A stretch of 63,982 nt of DNA, counting the filler, from Candidatus Hydrogenedentota bacterium (GTDB lineage Bacteria > JBFMHD01): the NCBI GenBank assembly GCA_040752395.1. It is 10 parts of 10 records of this genome, joined end to end, with 100 filler letters (N's around TTAATTAATTAA, not from the genome) between each part and the next. Parts side by side here need not be neighbours in the genome. Positions count along the whole stretch, not along the records: positions 61,503 to 63,982 come from JBFMHD010000302.1; 9 more parts are not named here. One strand, written 5' to 3'. A program made the position numbers and the translations under genes. The notes below the pieces were generated by a model. It was not told the DNA's origin, ran no database searches, and saw nothing but the letters and a program-made list of their open reading frames with translations. Each line of letters starts with the position of its first letter. Position 1 is the stretch's first letter. Below are positions 61,606 to 63,982 of the stretch, in pieces.

Positions 61606-61775
61606 CTCCTATGAAAAGTCTTGAGTCTCGAGTCCTGTTTTGACTCACGACTTGCGACTTGTGACTCTTTTCATATCATCTTTAGTTTTTCATACTTTGT
61701 GTAGAGCGCAAGAACGCAAAAACGCAATAACCCAATTATCTTGCATCTTGCATCTTTTGTTATCTTGCTTCTAAT
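61606..61775 (-). repeat. RBS-ending modular repeat, TTTTCATAGGAG terminus
   Basis: Octamers, GCGCTCTACAC, AAAACTAAAGATGATATG, GAGTC/GACTC hairpin, ends 7 nt before ATG 61598. Confidence 0.88.
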
Positions 61776-61884
61776 AATATTATCGGCATATTTTATTATT
61801 TTCTTGATAGATTATGTAAACCACGAAAGTGGTAATCTATATAAAAGTGTTGCATTAACGCGACACATTCCACAGCGTGTAAAC

Positions 61885-63060
61885 TTATAAATAATTTTTT
61901 AATGTGTATTTATATTGAGTTTCAAGTTTACCAAATGCTTTCCCGCTCCTTGTAAGATTTGAAAACCATCTGAATATATCTCTCTCAAGTTTGCTTGGTC
62001 TCTTTTTATAGAGTTCTGTGCCGGGCAATGGCATATAATAATGGCAATGTATCTTTACTCCCAGATTAACCATCTTCTCACAAAATAATATTGTTTCTTC
62101 CCTGTCTTTTCGTGTCTCATCCGGGAAACCAAATATTATATCCACTGCAACTTTAAAACCGGCTTTTAAAAATATCTGGACTGACTCTTTTACATCCTCT
62201 TTTGTATGTTTTCTATTTATCTTTTCTAAAATATTTTTACTTGCATTCTGTAAACCTATGACAATCAATTTTGTATCAGTATATTCTTTTAATATTTTAA
62301 CTTTATCAAGTGTGACAGAATCGGGCCTTATTTCAGAGGGGAAGGTACCGAAAAATAAATTAATTCTTTTTCCGAACTCATTTCTTATGCTTTTTAATAA
62401 CCCTTCGATACAACCAGTATTATCTTCGTTATTTATGCGACCATAATTAAATGCATCAGGCGCAATCATTCTTAAATCTCTCATCCCTACCCGAACCATC
62501 ACTTTAAATGACTCAACAATATTTTCAATGCTTCTGTGTCTTACTTTGTGCTGGAATAAAGATGGTACCTGACAGAAATAGCAGTTGTGGCTGCACCCTC
62601 TTGTTATTTCCACAGGCCCATATAATCCATATTTTTCTGAAGATGATTTATATTTATCTAAATCAACAGGGACCCCATAATAAAATTTTTTTAACCCTGA
62701 ACTTAAGTAATCATTTATAATTTCCTTTATAACTCCTTCACCTTCACCGACACAAACAGAATCAGCTCCATAGTTAAGCACTTCATCAGGTGCTCCACTC
62801 GTATGAGGTCCTCCAGCAACAATTTTAATATTTTTCCGTTTATTTTTTAAATTACATATAATTTCTTTATAAAATTCTTTATGATATGTTAGAAATGATA
62901 AAAATAAGAGACCTTCATTTACAAAGCAACTGCCAGCATCGTTTATGATGCAGAGTGGCGCTGGAAAAGTTAAATCGTCTATCGCACTAACCAGACTTTT
63001 TATGCTATATTTGTTCTTCTCTGTTATAAGAAAATAAAGGTTGGTTTCTTTTTTATTCAT
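61885..63060 (-). CDS. B12-binding domain radical SAM protein (TIGR04013-like)
   Basis: VAGGPH, VGEGE, EITRGCSHNCYFCQ, FFGTFPSEIRPD, HYYMPLPGT. Confidence 0.85.
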   Translation of the reverse strand: MNKKETNLYFLITEKNKYSIKSLVSAIDDLTFPAPLCIINDAGSCFVNEGLLFLSFLTYHKEFYKEIICNLKNKRKNIKIVAGGPHTSGAPDEVLNYGADSVCVGEGEGVIKEIINDYLSSGLKKFYYGVPVDLDKYKSSSEKYGLYGPVEITRGCSHNCYFCQVPSLFQHKVRHRSIENIVESFKVMVRVGMRDLRMIAPDAFNYGRINNEDNTGCIEGLLKSIRNEFGKRINLFFGTFPSEIRPDSVTLDKVKILKEYTDTKLIVIGLQNASKNILEKINRKHTKEDVKESVQIFLKAGFKVAVDIIFGFPDETRKDREETILFCEKMVNLGVKIHCHYYMPLPGTELYKKRPSKLERDIFRWFSNLTRSGKAFGKLETQYKYTLKNYL

Positions 63061-63740
63061 ACATACTCTTTCAATCCCATAATGTTCTTTAGTACTATTA
63101 ACCCCCCTTTCTCAAATCCGGTTTGCTCTATTGACCAGGTATGATTATGAGGAATATAAAACGCTTTTAATCCAAGATATAATCCTGGATTTATATCAGA
63201 TGAGATACTATCACCAACTATCGCTATTGTTTCTATATCGAGGTTTAATGATTCAACAATTTTTTTAAGATTTTCTGTGTTTTTCTCATCAACAATAAAA
63301 TACCTCTCAAAATAATGTATGATACCTGATTTCTTAATCTTTAATCCCTGGTGTATTTCTTCACCCTTAGTATATATAAATAGCCTGATCCTTTTATTAA
63401 AAAGATACTCGACTGTCTCAAAAACCCCATCTAAAAGCTCCATCGGATGATTATAATGTTCATCCTGTATTTTTTTCAATCTCTTTTTAGCTCTTGTATC
63501 AGCATCAGGAAATAGTTCATTAAATACTATTGTCAGTGTCTCATTATAAGGAACAACCCCATAGCCAGTGAGCGTTAGTCTTTCAATATCTCGTTTATTA
63601 AGAAGAGTTTTTGCATATCCTTTATCAACTCCCTGCGCTGCACAGAGATTCAAAAACTCGTTTTCAGCTTTAATAAAAAATTTACCACTCTCCCATAACG
63701 TATCATCAGCATCAAATATTATAGCTTTTATCAGCCCCAT
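63057..63740 (-). CDS. HAD family hydrolase
   Basis: FDADDTLW, TKG, VGDSISSDI; likely start MGLIKA. Confidence 0.88.
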   Translation of the reverse strand: MGLIKAIIFDADDTLWESGKFFIKAENEFLNLCAAQGVDKGYAKTLLNKRDIERLTLTGYGVVPYNETLTIVFNELFPDADTRAKKRLKKIQDEHYNHPMELLDGVFETVEYLFNKRIRLFIYTKGEEIHQGLKIKKSGIIHYFERYFIVDEKNTENLKKIVESLNLDIETIAIVGDSISSDINPGLYLGLKAFYIPHNHTWSIEQTGFEKGGLIVLKNIMGLKEYV

Positions 63741-63844
63741 TTTATAACTCCTGACCGTTACCCCCTCACACCAATACATGCGGAATACATACATTTTATC
63801 TTTACAATTTCTTTTATTTATATAAATTATAAAAATCAGTCAAT

Positions 63845-63935
63845 GTTGAAAGATTGAAAGATTCAAGATTAAAAGATTAAAAAATTCAAAATTAGTAGAC
63901 AGAAGACAGAAGACAGGAGGGGAAGGCACAAAGGA
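63845..63935. repeat. Low-complexity 7-8-mer arrays
   Basis: GATTGAAA, GACAGAA and GGCACAAAG units, similar to 40725-40830. Confidence 0.6.
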
Positions 63936-63982
63936 TATTAGGGGATGGGTCATAGGGGATGGGGTATATTAGGGGGCGGCGG

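Noticed and set aside
1-61775. Repeats as a CRISPR array or integron attC sites
   Set aside because: Copies are dispersed without regular spacers, GTTRRRY/RYYYAAC ends are not conserved, flanking genes are housekeeping, and no cas or integrase gene is present.
1549-62720. Many short antisense or nested ORFs in the track (e.g. 1549-1890, 10222-10686, 20896-21543, 29641-30354, 58773-59273)
   Set aside because: Shadow frames of well-supported genes with no recognisable motifs.
762-63740. Alternative genetic code
   Set aside because: Conserved genes are full length and end in TAA, TAG or TGA as expected.

Overview
This is an AT-rich bacterial draft/MAG sequence made of ten separate contigs joined by artificial N-TTAATTAATTAA-N linkers, so adjacency across linkers means nothing. 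It carries housekeeping genes (accA, leuA, nfo, hemC, cobA-hemD, panE, tatA/tatA-B/tatC, rlmH, grpE-dnaJ), four tRNAs, two HEPN/MNT pairs, a radical-SAM/GNAT/YfhO envelope-modification cluster, CBM48-rich secreted and beta-barrel proteins, glycoside hydrolases and an NlpC/P60-like locus. The most unusual signals are non-coding. (1) About 17 copies of a modular intergenic repeat built from 7-8-mer hairpin arrays, co-oriented with the downstream gene. Most copies end in TTTTTCAGAGGAG or a close variant placed as the Shine-Dalgarno of that gene, and three are bounded by AGGAG direct repeats, suggesting an RBS-targeting mobile element. (2) A ~150-bp element downstream of three different tRNAs, with a shared covarying core hairpin, a tRNA-specific antisense T-arm and (two cases) a duplicated tRNA 3' end. 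No mobilising enzyme for either is visible in the window.
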